Assembly: GCA_963674595.2 (NCBI GenBank)
Contig: CAXXFV010000018.1
Coordinates: 32,001 to 96,000, forward strand
Direction: 5' to 3'
Length of the DNA stretch: 64,000 nt
DNA from: a bacterium
GTDB taxonomy: Bacteria > Zhuqueibacterota > Zhuqueibacteria > Residuimicrobiales > Krinioviventaceae
Made by a program: the position numbers and the translations under genes. The notes under the pieces were generated by a model that had not been told where the DNA came from, ran no database searches, and was given only the letters and a program-made list of their open reading frames with translations. Below are positions 18,525 through 28,012 of this stretch, in pieces. How positions within the stretch are numbered: the stretch's first letter is position 1; each line of letters opens with the position of its first letter.

Positions 18525-18549
18525 AAATCGGAAGTAATTTTTCCGATTT
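18525..18549. promoter_or_regulatory. Palindromic site 2, candidate UAS
   Basis: AAATCGGAA-GTAATTT-TTCCGATTT, same 25-bp geometry as site 1, 136 bp away. Confidence 0.6.
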
Positions 18550-18555
18550 ATTATT

Positions 18556-19953
18556 TTAATTTTTATAATAGTTCTTTTGCAAATTATATTTTGCCATCAG
18601 GTTGTTTAACTGACGCACGCCCAAACCGGCGGCCTGGGCTGTTTTATCAATTCGCCCATTAAATTTTATCAAGAGCTGCTCAAGGTATTCTTTTTCATAA
18701 CGCTCACAAACAATTTGCCTCCCCTGTTTCAGTGTGATCGATGTATCCGTTAAAAACTCTCTATACGGTTTATTTTCCTTAAACAAATCCTGCGGAAAAC
18801 TTTTTCTGCCCAGTATTTCCGTCTTTTCCAGAATATAGGCCCTCTCTATAATATTTTCGAGTTCACGGATATTTCCAGGCCAGGAGTATGCGAGCAGCGC
18901 ATTAAGAACAAACGGATCAATTCCCTTGATATGTTTAGCATGGTATCTGTTAAGCTTTTTAATAAATTTGTTGATGAGAAGAGGTATATCGTCAATTCGT
19001 TCCCGTAACGGAGGAATGTCAATCGGGAAAACATTTAATCGATAATACAAATCCGGACGAAAGCTCCCGTCGTTACACATTTTTAAAAGATCGGAATTCG
19101 TGGCAGCAATGATCCTTACATCTACTTCTATTTGCGATTCTCCGCCAACACGTTCAAAAGTTTTTTCCTGAAGGACCTGAAGTAATTTAATCTGCATGGC
19201 ATTTGAGATGGTACCGATTTCATCCAGAAATATCACACCGCCATCGGCTATTTCAAACTTGCCTAGTCTTCTTTTTATGGCTCCGGTAAAGGCCCCTTTT
19301 TCATGACCGAACAATTCACTTTCCAGCAAATTTTCCGGAATGGCGCCGCAATGAACGCTGATAAACTGATTGTTGCGCCGATAGCTATGCTGATGAATTA
19401 AATTAGCAACAACGCCTTTTCCGACACCTGTTTCACCTGTCAATAAAACCGTCGTTTCTGTTTGGCTCACAGCACGAACTTTGTCAAACACAATTTTCAT
19501 TGAATCACTGTTTGTCTGTAAAATGGCAAGGGATTCTTTTTGCCAGAATTTATCACGTAAATAATCCAATTCAGATTGAAGTCTTGTGTTTTCATCAATG
19601 CTTTCCAGACAAAGTTCAACTTCGTGTTTTGTAAAAGGGAAAATAATGTATTCACTGGCCCCAAACTTGACCGCTTTAACAGCATCCCCAATTAAAGATT
19701 GCGGACAAATGATTATTATTTCCATTGTCGGAAAAATATTCCAAACCTTTTTTAAAATTTCTTTATAGTTTCCGGTATTATTTGACTTGAATAAATCAAT
19801 ATCTATAAAAAAATAATCAAACCTTTTGTTATGCAAACAATCAAAGCTTTCCTGTAATCCGGTCGCAATTTCAATATCATATTCCGAACGAAACGATGAA
19901 AACAGACTATACCCAACCTCTTTGGTTTTAGAGGCAACAAGAAACGATTTCAT
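18556..19953 (-). CDS. Sigma54-dependent (NtrC-family) transcriptional activator with atypical receiver domain
   Basis: GETGVGK, ESELFGHEKGAFTGA, FLDEIG, FRPDLYYRLNV, WPGNIREL, C-terminal HTH. Confidence 0.93.
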   Translation of the reverse strand: MKSFLVASKTKEVGYSLFSSFRSEYDIEIATGLQESFDCLHNKRFDYFFIDIDLFKSNNTGNYKEILKKVWNIFPTMEIIIICPQSLIGDAVKAVKFGASEYIIFPFTKHEVELCLESIDENTRLQSELDYLRDKFWQKESLAILQTNSDSMKIVFDKVRAVSQTETTVLLTGETGVGKGVVANLIHQHSYRRNNQFISVHCGAIPENLLESELFGHEKGAFTGAIKRRLGKFEIADGGVIFLDEIGTISNAMQIKLLQVLQEKTFERVGGESQIEVDVRIIAATNSDLLKMCNDGSFRPDLYYRLNVFPIDIPPLRERIDDIPLLINKFIKKLNRYHAKHIKGIDPFVLNALLAYSWPGNIRELENIIERAYILEKTEILGRKSFPQDLFKENKPYREFLTDTSITLKQGRQIVCERYEKEYLEQLLIKFNGRIDKTAQAAGLGVRQLNNLMAKYNLQKNYYKN

Positions 19954-20072
19954 AAATCTACCCTGTTGACATTTAATAATCAGTGCTTACACAATTTGTA
20001 TAATATTATATATACAAACTTTATAAAATGTTAACAATATAAAAATCAGGATTTTCTTTACGGAAACAAATC

Positions 20073-20735
20073 CTAAACCTGATTAGCGTGAATATTTCCC
20101 AAAATTTCAAGACTAATTTCAGAAAAATTATTTATAACAAAATCAGCAATTGCAAGTTCGTTTTTAGTATGTGTCGTTGCCAGTGCAATGACTTTCATAC
20201 CTGCGTTTTGCGCGGAAGCAATACCGGACAATGAATCTTCAAATGCAATGCAATTTTCCGGTTTTTGTTGTAAGATCTCGGCTGTTTTTAAATAAATTTC
20301 CGGGTGCGGTTTACTGTTTATAATGTATGTATTGTCAATAATGACCTTGAAATAATCCAGTAAATCCGTATTGGACAATACAAATTCCACATTAACAGGC
20401 GGTGCGGAAGTAGCAATAGCATATTCTATTTTATTTTCAACCAACTGCTGCAGAAAATTTTCCAGTCCTTGTAAAGGTTTTATATAGGGCCGAAACAGAT
20501 TTCTGTATTTGTTGTCGATAGCCGTTGTATATTTTTCAATATCATCATTGGAAAGTGCTGCATTGAACAAAATTTTCAGCGCTTCACTTCCGGTCCTGCC
20601 AAAGACCTTTTCCCGCAGTTCTTTTTCGGTTAAATGAATATTGTGCTGTTTTAAAAATAAATACCACGCTTTTTGGTGATAGGGATTGCTATCCACAATT
20701 ACACCATCCAGATCAAAAATAACAGAAAAATCCAT
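20073..20735 (-). CDS. HAD family phosphatase (beta-PGM/CbbY-like)
   Basis: FDLDGVIVDS, ATS, KPHPEIY, FEDSLSG. Confidence 0.9.
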   Translation of the reverse strand: MDFSVIFDLDGVIVDSNPYHQKAWYLFLKQHNIHLTEKELREKVFGRTGSEALKILFNAALSNDDIEKYTTAIDNKYRNLFRPYIKPLQGLENFLQQLVENKIEYAIATSAPPVNVEFVLSNTDLLDYFKVIIDNTYIINSKPHPEIYLKTAEILQQKPENCIAFEDSLSGIASAQNAGMKVIALATTHTKNELAIADFVINNFSEISLEILGNIHANQV

Positions 20736-20819
20736 ATAATTTCTTTTTTATTTAAATGAATAACAGTTGTAAAACAGTGAAAATTAGCTAAAATTCAAAG
20801 ATTTTACAAATAAAAGAAA

Positions 20820-20851
20820 AAATCCTCAAAAACAAAAATTTTTGAGGATTT
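20820..20851 (-). terminator. Hairpin terminator (AATCCTCA family)
   Basis: AAATCCTCAAAAA-CAAAAA-TTTTTGAGGATTT. Confidence 0.55.
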
Positions 20852-20876
20852 ACGGGTTGTATATTTAACGTCTCTG

Positions 20877-21614
20877 CTAATTTTTAGTTTCCAAATTTTC
20901 GCTGAGTTGTGTGATAGGTACAAGCTGAAGTTTTCGAAATTCTACAACCGAACCTTCGGCCTGTAAAGCGATCTGTCCTTTAGAGGCGGTACAATCATAT
21001 CCATAATTAACCAAATCACCGTTTACCCACACTTTGATGGAATTTTCAAAACATTCGATCACCATAACATTCCACTCACCCAGAGGTTTCTCAGAATCAT
21101 CAGTCAGATTAAGAATCCGGCGGTTTTTACCGTCTGTTGAACCCCATTTTTCTTTTGGGCCCCGCCGTGCCTCCATGTCGGGAACGGTAATGTCTTCGGC
21201 AATACACCAAAAGTCACCGGCATTTTCATGGTGCATCTGCACTTCAATGGATTGCGGGAACATGCTGTAAAGCGCCCGTGGTGTTGACGAGTGAACAAGC
21301 ACACCGCAATTTCCCGGTTTTTCCGGGAAACGGTATTCCACCGTCAATTTGTAATTAGAAAAGCTGGAATCTGTGATCAGGTGGCCTCGGGGCTCCCCAA
21401 GGCTGACAAGCAATCCATTGCGAACAATAAACGGGCTTGTAACGTTTGCATTTTCATCATCCATGGCCGGAACATCCGCATGCCACCCTTTTAGATCCAC
21501 ACCATCAAACAACGCCAAAGAGCCGTCTTTAGATTCAGGTTGAGGTTGATGTTGGGATTGACAAGCCGGTAATAAACATAAAACCAGGTATAGTAAATGT
21601 CTTTTCTTTAACAT
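20877..21614 (-). CDS. DUF1080 (3-keto-disaccharide hydrolase family) lipoprotein
   Basis: Lipobox LPAC; LFDG.DLKGW, NY.L.VEYR, GNCGV, IEVQ, GEWN, G.IALQAEG. Confidence 0.88.
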   Translation of the reverse strand: MLKKRHLLYLVLCLLPACQSQHQPQPESKDGSLALFDGVDLKGWHADVPAMDDENANVTSPFIVRNGLLVSLGEPRGHLITDSSFSNYKLTVEYRFPEKPGNCGVLVHSSTPRALYSMFPQSIEVQMHHENAGDFWCIAEDITVPDMEARRGPKEKWGSTDGKNRRILNLTDDSEKPLGEWNVMVIECFENSIKVWVNGDLVNYGYDCTASKGQIALQAEGSVVEFRKLQLVPITQLSENLETKN

Positions 21615-21702
21615 AATGCTCCTCCTCATTTAACTATTATTCAAATCCTGTACTAAATACTCGGTTATTCTCTTAATCCTAAATCTGATGTTTTAACGCT
21701 AT

Positions 21703-22311
21703 TTATTTTTCGGATTCACCATTATTCTCACCGGGATAATAACAATTTAGAATTGAATCCATCGGTTCTTTACCATCAGCAATACCGCTTACTTTTTGCC
21801 ATAACTCAGTACCTATTAATTTTAGCAGCGGTTGCTCAACAGAAGGAATTTTTTTAAAAGCCTGAAAAAGTTTCTTGTCCCAAATACGGGCATATTTTAC
21901 AATATCATCAGGATAGACAATTTTTCGCCGGGTGCCTTCCGGCATCGCTCTAAATGGGCGGGATAAGTTCAAATATCCATAATCGTCGGTTAATTGATCG
22001 CCGGGTTGAATATCACGAATAGCGATCTCAAAATCATAAGCAGTTGTTAAACAATTTGAATTAAAACTATGATTAACATACCGGCCATTGTCCCAGCAGA
22101 GCACAAAGTTACCCTTGTTATTTCGAAAAGAATAAGTATCCAGGATGTCTTTATAAATATCGTCCATTTCCAAAATATCCAGCGGTGAAAATTCACGGTC
22201 CAGTTTGTCCTGAACCCAAACAATCGTCCCCTTTTTAATCAGAGTTTTGGCCAGCACGCCATAACCGATTTCGTTATTAATATATCCAAGTTCAGTTTCC
22301 GGATGTATCAT
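21703..22311 (-). CDS. SET domain-containing protein
   Basis: GYGVLA, RYVNHS..SN, AIRDI.PG.QLT.DYG. Confidence 0.88.
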   Translation of the reverse strand: MIHPETELGYINNEIGYGVLAKTLIKKGTIVWVQDKLDREFSPLDILEMDDIYKDILDTYSFRNNKGNFVLCWDNGRYVNHSFNSNCLTTAYDFEIAIRDIQPGDQLTDDYGYLNLSRPFRAMPEGTRRKIVYPDDIVKYARIWDKKLFQAFKKIPSVEQPLLKLIGTELWQKVSGIADGKEPMDSILNCYYPGENNGESEK

Positions 22312-22496
22312 TTTCTTTATTGATCCTCTCGAAAAAAGGTTAAATCATAAATAAAAAACAATTAAACCGCGAATATACATATTTTTTTGAAAAATCAAAT
22401 AAAAATATTTTACATCCAGACAAAACTCAAGCAATTAACCTTATGAAAACCAAACATCCTGATTATTTAAAAAAATCCAAAGCAAAATTGTATATC

Positions 22497-24800
22497 TCAA
22501 TCTTTTATCTGTGAGTAAATTCCTGAAAATGAATATTGACCGGATGGAATTTCACACACAGTGTATTCTTTAAATTTCTCTATAATTTTAATATCTCCGG
22601 CATCAGACAAGTTTTTATCGTTTTCTGTTAAAGACTTTATTTGCACGCATGGCAACCACACCTGAGCGTGGCAATTGGCCGGTATGGTTATATCGAAATT
22701 AAAACGGTCTTTATCAAGTTTCCAGTCACATACTATCTCTCCCCGGACCGTGGGACAACAGACAGAAGCTTTTTCCAGATCAGCAGGTTGTGGTTTTATT
22801 TTAAAAACAGAAAAACCCGGCTCAAGCGGTTCTATACCAAAAAGTTTACGGGGAATAATATTAGCCGGAGCCGCGCCCCAGGCATGGGTCCATCCCAAAT
22901 TGGGTTTAAAATATTCATCCCAGGCCTCTGTCGTTATTGTTGAACCGACATTAATCATATTCATCCAACTGCGTTGTGATTCGGATGTCATTAGCTGTAA
23001 CGCATATTCAGCTTCTCCACAATTATACAGGGCTTCCAGCAAATACTGCGCACCATAAACACTGCAAGCCATGTTTCTCGTTTTAATAAATTTTATAACG
23101 GATGGTATGTATTCGTCGGGTACAATACCAAAGGCGAGCGGAAACATATTGGCATGCAAAGATGAATGGTCTGTGCCGATGCCATCGACATAAATATTTT
23201 TCTCTTTATCAAACAGCAATTCATTTATTGATTTCTTGACCCGTTTCGCCTGTTCCTTATAAAAAGCAGCATCCTGTTCTTTATTTAAAGCCAAAGCCAT
23301 TTTTGCCATCATGTCCAATCCTTTGTAGTAAAAAGCATTCACAACCGTATTATAGGGCATAAAAACGTGACCGTCCGTTTCGCCATTCGCTAAAGGACTC
23401 TGATTACTGGCCTGTTTTTTTCCGGTAGGCGTTCCCGCCGGCCAGTCCACAATGTCGCGAAAGCTTTTCCCGTGGTAATAAACACTTTTCAAAAATTCAG
23501 GAGTGACCAAACCGGTTTTGGTGCTGATCAGATTATTTTTTTCGGACAAGGCCATCAATGTTTTGGCTTTTAAAACATCATAATTTTGCTGAATATTTTC
23601 CGTATTACCGGTATACATAAAATCGGCAAAAGCCATAAAAATTGAGTGACTATGCCATTCTGTCGGCCAGGATGGATTGTAAAAAAGAAACTGGTTGGTA
23701 TACCGGGCAACGGAATATTCGCGGTCCACACAATAATGCCCAAGCTGCTGTATATAGGCATCTGCCTCATAGGGCATTCGTTCCCTGTTACCGTCCGCAT
23801 ATAAAGCCAGAAACGGGGTCGCCTTTAAGGAATATTTACACAAGTCCCACACCTGATTTAAATTGTCATTTGATGATGTAAAAAATGAAGCATTATCATC
23901 GAAATAATAAAACAAGGCAAACTGTTTGATGTCTTTTTTCTCAAGATTTGACGGACAGTTGATAATTTCCGCATACCGAAACGGCAAAACTTCGGTCATG
24001 TGTTCGGCAAGGACCTGACTGTTCGGATAATGTGAGATATGTCTTGGTAATTCAAGTTTATAATCGTACTTACCTTGTTTTAAAGGTAATATAACTTTTT
24101 TAAAACCAATATTGGTTTTTCCAGGATGTTTATGTACGGCATCCCCTTCTCTGCGTGAACCCATGTAAATGATTACCGAATCATTTGCTGTATCACTTTT
24201 CATTGAAATTTTAAGAGTCGCAAAGGCTGCTTTGCCGAAATCAACAAAATAGTGTCCTTTACCGATTTTAAGAATTTCTTTTGGATCAATATCAAAATAA
24301 GTAGAGCGCTGGCGGTTTTCCAACAGCCACTGATCATCCACCTTTACCCAGTCACTTTCAAAGGGCCAGTTACGATCAAGTTTATTAAAAACTCCTGTCC
24401 TGAATTGTTGCGGTCTGCTGAAATCACTCGGTTTGCCGTCACCATCATAGGTTTTGACCTTCCAGAAATAATTCGAATTCTCCTGCAAAGCTTTTCCCTG
24501 GTATTCAACAGAAACCGATTGTGATGACCGGACTTTGCCGCTGTCCCACATATCACCCTGGTCTTTATGCAAAAGTTGTTTATCGGAAGCAACAAGAATT
24601 TGAAAAGCTGATTGAACGGCACCGCGACGGGTATCGTTAACAATCCATGAAAATTCCGGATTTTGGTCGGTAATTACTGCCTGAGAAGGCTCACGCAGTA
24701 ATTCACATAAAAGCCCATAAGGCGCCTCTAATTTGGGTGTCGGCGCACACATTATAAAACCGATAACGATCAATACAACAAACAAATCCAGATACTTCAT
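22497..24800 (-). CDS. Alpha-L-rhamnosidase family (GH78) glycoside hydrolase, secreted/lipoprotein
   Basis: WDSGKV.SSQS, DFG, DGNRER..YEADAY, TTEAWD, HAWGAAP, I.P.EPGF. Confidence 0.88.
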   Translation of the reverse strand: MKYLDLFVVLIVIGFIMCAPTPKLEAPYGLLCELLREPSQAVITDQNPEFSWIVNDTRRGAVQSAFQILVASDKQLLHKDQGDMWDSGKVRSSQSVSVEYQGKALQENSNYFWKVKTYDGDGKPSDFSRPQQFRTGVFNKLDRNWPFESDWVKVDDQWLLENRQRSTYFDIDPKEILKIGKGHYFVDFGKAAFATLKISMKSDTANDSVIIYMGSRREGDAVHKHPGKTNIGFKKVILPLKQGKYDYKLELPRHISHYPNSQVLAEHMTEVLPFRYAEIINCPSNLEKKDIKQFALFYYFDDNASFFTSSNDNLNQVWDLCKYSLKATPFLALYADGNRERMPYEADAYIQQLGHYCVDREYSVARYTNQFLFYNPSWPTEWHSHSIFMAFADFMYTGNTENIQQNYDVLKAKTLMALSEKNNLISTKTGLVTPEFLKSVYYHGKSFRDIVDWPAGTPTGKKQASNQSPLANGETDGHVFMPYNTVVNAFYYKGLDMMAKMALALNKEQDAAFYKEQAKRVKKSINELLFDKEKNIYVDGIGTDHSSLHANMFPLAFGIVPDEYIPSVIKFIKTRNMACSVYGAQYLLEALYNCGEAEYALQLMTSESQRSWMNMINVGSTITTEAWDEYFKPNLGWTHAWGAAPANIIPRKLFGIEPLEPGFSVFKIKPQPADLEKASVCCPTVRGEIVCDWKLDKDRFNFDITIPANCHAQVWLPCVQIKSLTENDKNLSDAGDIKIIEKFKEYTVCEIPSGQYSFSGIYSQIKD

Positions 24801-24924
24801 CTCGCCTCCAATATAATTTACCTGCTATCTTTGCAGCCACGTAAAATTCTGTTTAATGTCCTGTTAAACTCTTACCAATATTCTAAATATAGTTAAATTT
24901 TTCAAGTACTTTATCTCTTTACAT

Positions 24925-24978
24925 AAAAAAAGTGAAAAATGAATCGGTGCTTACAGCAAAACCGTTCACTTTTCACTT
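24925..24978 (-). terminator. Probable terminator hairpin after the jelly-roll gene
   Basis: AAGTGAAAA...GAA.CGGT / ACCG.TTCA.TTTTCACTT with an A-run on the left. Confidence 0.45.
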
Positions 24979-25031
24979 ATATTTTTATCTAATAATTTTA
25001 ACGAAAACTAAATCAATACATCGTGTGTTTG

Positions 25032-26078
25032 TTATTCAAAAATTTGTTCGATAAAGTTTTTGGATCGATTATGTTTTCTTTGCATCCATTTATACTGATC
25101 ACGGGTGACAATTGCCAACGGACCGTATAAAATACCACCGTCACCAAGTACATCATAAACACAAACAGCCAATGTATTGTCCTTGTCCCATCGAATAAGG
25201 TGAGACGGAATGAAATAGTAACGCACCCTTTTCCAGTTGAAATGTTTTGTCTCAGGGTACTGTTCACGATAAACAGGCCCGGTATGCCCTATTTTTACAC
25301 CATTAAAATAAACTTCATCAAAATCATCTATCATTCCCAGTACAAGAATAAATTTTGTGTCCTTGTCTTTTTTATCAAAGTCAATTTTCTTTCGGTACCA
25401 TGCAAATCCGTCATAATCCGGGAATCCCTGTGTTTCCCAAACACCCGGTGCTGTAATTTCTTTCCAATCAGAGTCGTTAAAGTCGGGACTCGCCCATGAC
25501 TCATCATCACCGGGAGAGAACTTCCAGCTTCCGGCAAGGTCGTGCTCAGTAAATGTAAAGTTCTCTTTACAAGAATAAATTCCGATATCATCACCATCTT
25601 TAATACCGCCGTGAGACGTGTAATCATAAACTCTGATGGCTATAACATTCCTTTTGTCAAAGTTCAGATAACTTTTAGGAAGCTCATAAAGTCTTAATTC
25701 ATTGTGCGCTGTTCTTGTGTTTGGCGGAAACATTCCCTTTCCCCCCAACTTTTTGCCATTGATAAAAAGTTCGTCCACATCATCGATGTACCCAAGATTA
25801 AGAATTAATCGTTCCTTTTCCAGGTCATCAGACAGGTTAAAACTTTTTCTGTACCAGGCAAATCCGTCATACCCTGGAAAACCCTGTTCTTCCCATGCGG
25901 ATGGTACTTTAATCAACTCCCAGTGAGAATCATCATAGTCCGGCTTGGCGTATGCAGCATCATCACCTGGTTCAAACCGCCATTTACCTTTCAAATTAAC
26001 CTCTCGATCAAAATCATCAGCCACTGCTGAGCATACAAACAAAGCCAGAAAAACAAAAATACAGTAATACCTGTTCAT
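25032..26078 (-). CDS. Secreted protein of two tandem galactose-binding jelly-roll domains (GH2-N / sialate O-acetylesterase-type)
   Basis: Duplicated L.G.W.F.PGDD...D..W..I..P..WE.QGFP.YDGFAWYRK...LG.IDD.DE...NG. Confidence 0.8.
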   Translation of the reverse strand: MNRYYCIFVFLALFVCSAVADDFDREVNLKGKWRFEPGDDAAYAKPDYDDSHWELIKVPSAWEEQGFPGYDGFAWYRKSFNLSDDLEKERLILNLGYIDDVDELFINGKKLGGKGMFPPNTRTAHNELRLYELPKSYLNFDKRNVIAIRVYDYTSHGGIKDGDDIGIYSCKENFTFTEHDLAGSWKFSPGDDESWASPDFNDSDWKEITAPGVWETQGFPDYDGFAWYRKKIDFDKKDKDTKFILVLGMIDDFDEVYFNGVKIGHTGPVYREQYPETKHFNWKRVRYYFIPSHLIRWDKDNTLAVCVYDVLGDGGILYGPLAIVTRDQYKWMQRKHNRSKNFIEQIFE

Positions 26079-26245
26079 AAACTTCTCCCATATTTTTAAT
26101 TGTCAGCTAAAAATTTATATATAATAAAATAACGACAGACTTGATCACTTCCCTATGAAAAATTATAAGGAATTATTGAAAAAATGTTTCAAAATATATC
26201 ATTTTTTTAATTGCCGTTAATTTAACATGCTGGTTTTTATAATCA

Positions 26246-26767
26246 CTAAAACAACGAAAAAAACCTTTGCCGAAAGTGCGAAAGCAGGTAATCCAGCACG
26301 ATAAAAAAGATCAGGACGGCTATGGAAATAAGGATGATGGGATTGATTTGCCCCAATACAATGCCGGCAGAATGAAAAATTTTTAAAACCGCATCCGAAT
26401 CAGGTAATAACAGCGACCAGTCATTTTTCAAATTTTTCCATAAAACAGGAATATCAACATTTGACAACGTCGAATTAATTGTAATAATAATTCCGAATAA
26501 AATGAGAAAAACATACCAAAGGTCCGCATGAACAGAACCAAGCTGCTGCCTTTTAATTTTTTTCATCACTTTTTTGGAAAACCTAGGAGACAATTGAACA
26601 CGAGTCCCTTGTTTAACCTGAACAGCCAATGACCGATAAAACGCTTCAACCTGCCTGCATTCCGGGCATATTTCCAAATGTTTTTCCACAATCGACAGCT
26701 CTGCCGGATTGAGGCTATTATCGATAAATGATTGTATCTGCTCGTCTGATATATGTTTTATTGCCAT
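26246..26767 (-). CDS. Zinc-finger anti-sigma factor (zf-HC2) with TM helices
   Basis: H..D.Q...F.D..L......V..HL..C..C; overlaps the ECF stop. Confidence 0.85.
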   Translation of the reverse strand: MAIKHISDEQIQSFIDNSLNPAELSIVEKHLEICPECRQVEAFYRSLAVQVKQGTRVQLSPRFSKKVMKKIKRQQLGSVHADLWYVFLILFGIIITINSTLSNVDIPVLWKNLKNDWSLLLPDSDAVLKIFHSAGIVLGQINPIILISIAVLIFFIVLDYLLSHFRQRFFSLF

Positions 26768-27333
26768 ATTTCCTCCTTTTGGAACCTGGAAATCAGGCGT
26801 TCTTTTAAATACTTGCGTGCTCGGAACAAATAATTTTTTACAGTGCCTTCCGGCATATCCATCAACTCTCCTATTTCCTCGTAACTCATCTCCTGGATGT
26901 GAAACAAAACCAGCACAGTACCATAACGGGGCGGTAACTGGTCGATCTCACGATGCAAGCGCTGCGCCATATCATTAGACATTGTTATCTGCTGCGGATT
27001 ATCATTTTCTTCAGAATATTCAAAGGACTGATCATCGGACGTAAAATCATCATATAAAGGTACTTTCTTTTTTTCCAGATAATTTAAGCAAGTGTTAAAG
27101 GCAATTTTACCGATCCAGGTTGATAATTTGGATTCAAATTTAAAACGACCCAGGTTACGGTAAACTTTGAGAAAAACGTCCTGACACAAATCTTCACGTA
27201 CGGATACGTCAGACACCATTTTAAAAATGATATGCGCAACAAGGTTTTGATATTGTTTAATAATCTTTTCAAAGGACCGATGGTTCCCATTCTGTATTTC
27301 GTCGATCCAATTTTTTTCCTGTTCTTTTGTCAT
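26758..27333 (-). CDS. ECF RNA polymerase sigma factor (SigW/RpoE-like)
   Basis: DLCQDVFLKVY, KLSTWI.KIA.N, MSYEEIG...GTVKNYLFRAR. Confidence 0.92.
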   Translation of the reverse strand: MTKEQEKNWIDEIQNGNHRSFEKIIKQYQNLVAHIIFKMVSDVSVREDLCQDVFLKVYRNLGRFKFESKLSTWIGKIAFNTCLNYLEKKKVPLYDDFTSDDQSFEYSEENDNPQQITMSNDMAQRLHREIDQLPPRYGTVLVLFHIQEMSYEEIGELMDMPEGTVKNYLFRARKYLKERLISRFQKEEIWQ

Positions 27334-27518
27334 ATTTTTAATAGACAGGTCATTCCTATAAATGTTGCAGATAAAACACTATATTCAAAGTTAAATGAAA
27401 TGATTGAAAAAATCCAGATGATAAAAATAAAATTAATAATGGTGCAACATTTAAACAATCCATCTGTCATATATAATTGAAAGACAAAACAGTCTCACTG
27501 ATTATAAAGGAGAATACG

Positions 27519-27860
27519 ATGGGAGAATTAATACCTATTGTCATGTTTATTGTTGTTGCTGTCATTGTAAAAATTACTTCCGACAACCGTATCAAACGTA
27601 TTTTGATCGAAAAGGATATGGTAAACGAAAATATAAAGTATCTTACAGGAGATATCATCGAAAAATATGTATCACCATCATTGAAATGGGGCATTGTATT
27701 AACAGCCATAGGCGGCGCATTGTTACTGGCCCGGCTGGTACCCGCCCTTGATGATGAAGAGACTATTGTGGCAATGATGCTTATCGGCGGCGGCCTGGCT
27801 CTTATCTTTTATTATGCACTTGCAAAAAGCAGGATCAATAAAGAACAAAAAGATTTATAA
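27519..27860 (+). CDS. DUF6249-like small membrane protein, divergent from the ECF sigma factor
   Basis: R..LIEK...SLKWGIVL.AIG...GGGLAL..YY; AAGGAG RBS. Confidence 0.7.
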   Translation: MGELIPIVMFIVVAVIVKITSDNRIKRILIEKDMVNENIKYLTGDIIEKYVSPSLKWGIVLTAIGGALLLARLVPALDDEETIVAMMLIGGGLALIFYYALAKSRINKEQKDL

Positions 27861-27874
27861 TTGCACTTTCCTCC

Positions 27875-27901
27875 GGGAGTAAGGTTATTTACCTTACTCC
27901 C
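27875..27901 (+). terminator. Terminator hairpin
   Basis: GGGAGTAAGGT-TATTT-ACCTTACTCCC followed by a pyrimidine-rich tail. Confidence 0.65.
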
Positions 27902-28012
27902 TCTCTTCTTCTTTCCATTCAAAACATCTTCTTTTTACTTGAATTAAGTCTAAAAAATTTGTATATATATTTTCCGTTTGAATAATTTCTAAAAATAGCG
28001 CAAAAGGAAAAA

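Noticed and set aside
21703-22311. SET domain as a eukaryote-like effector
   Set aside because: Stand-alone bacterial SET proteins are widespread; no secretion signal or host-interaction context.
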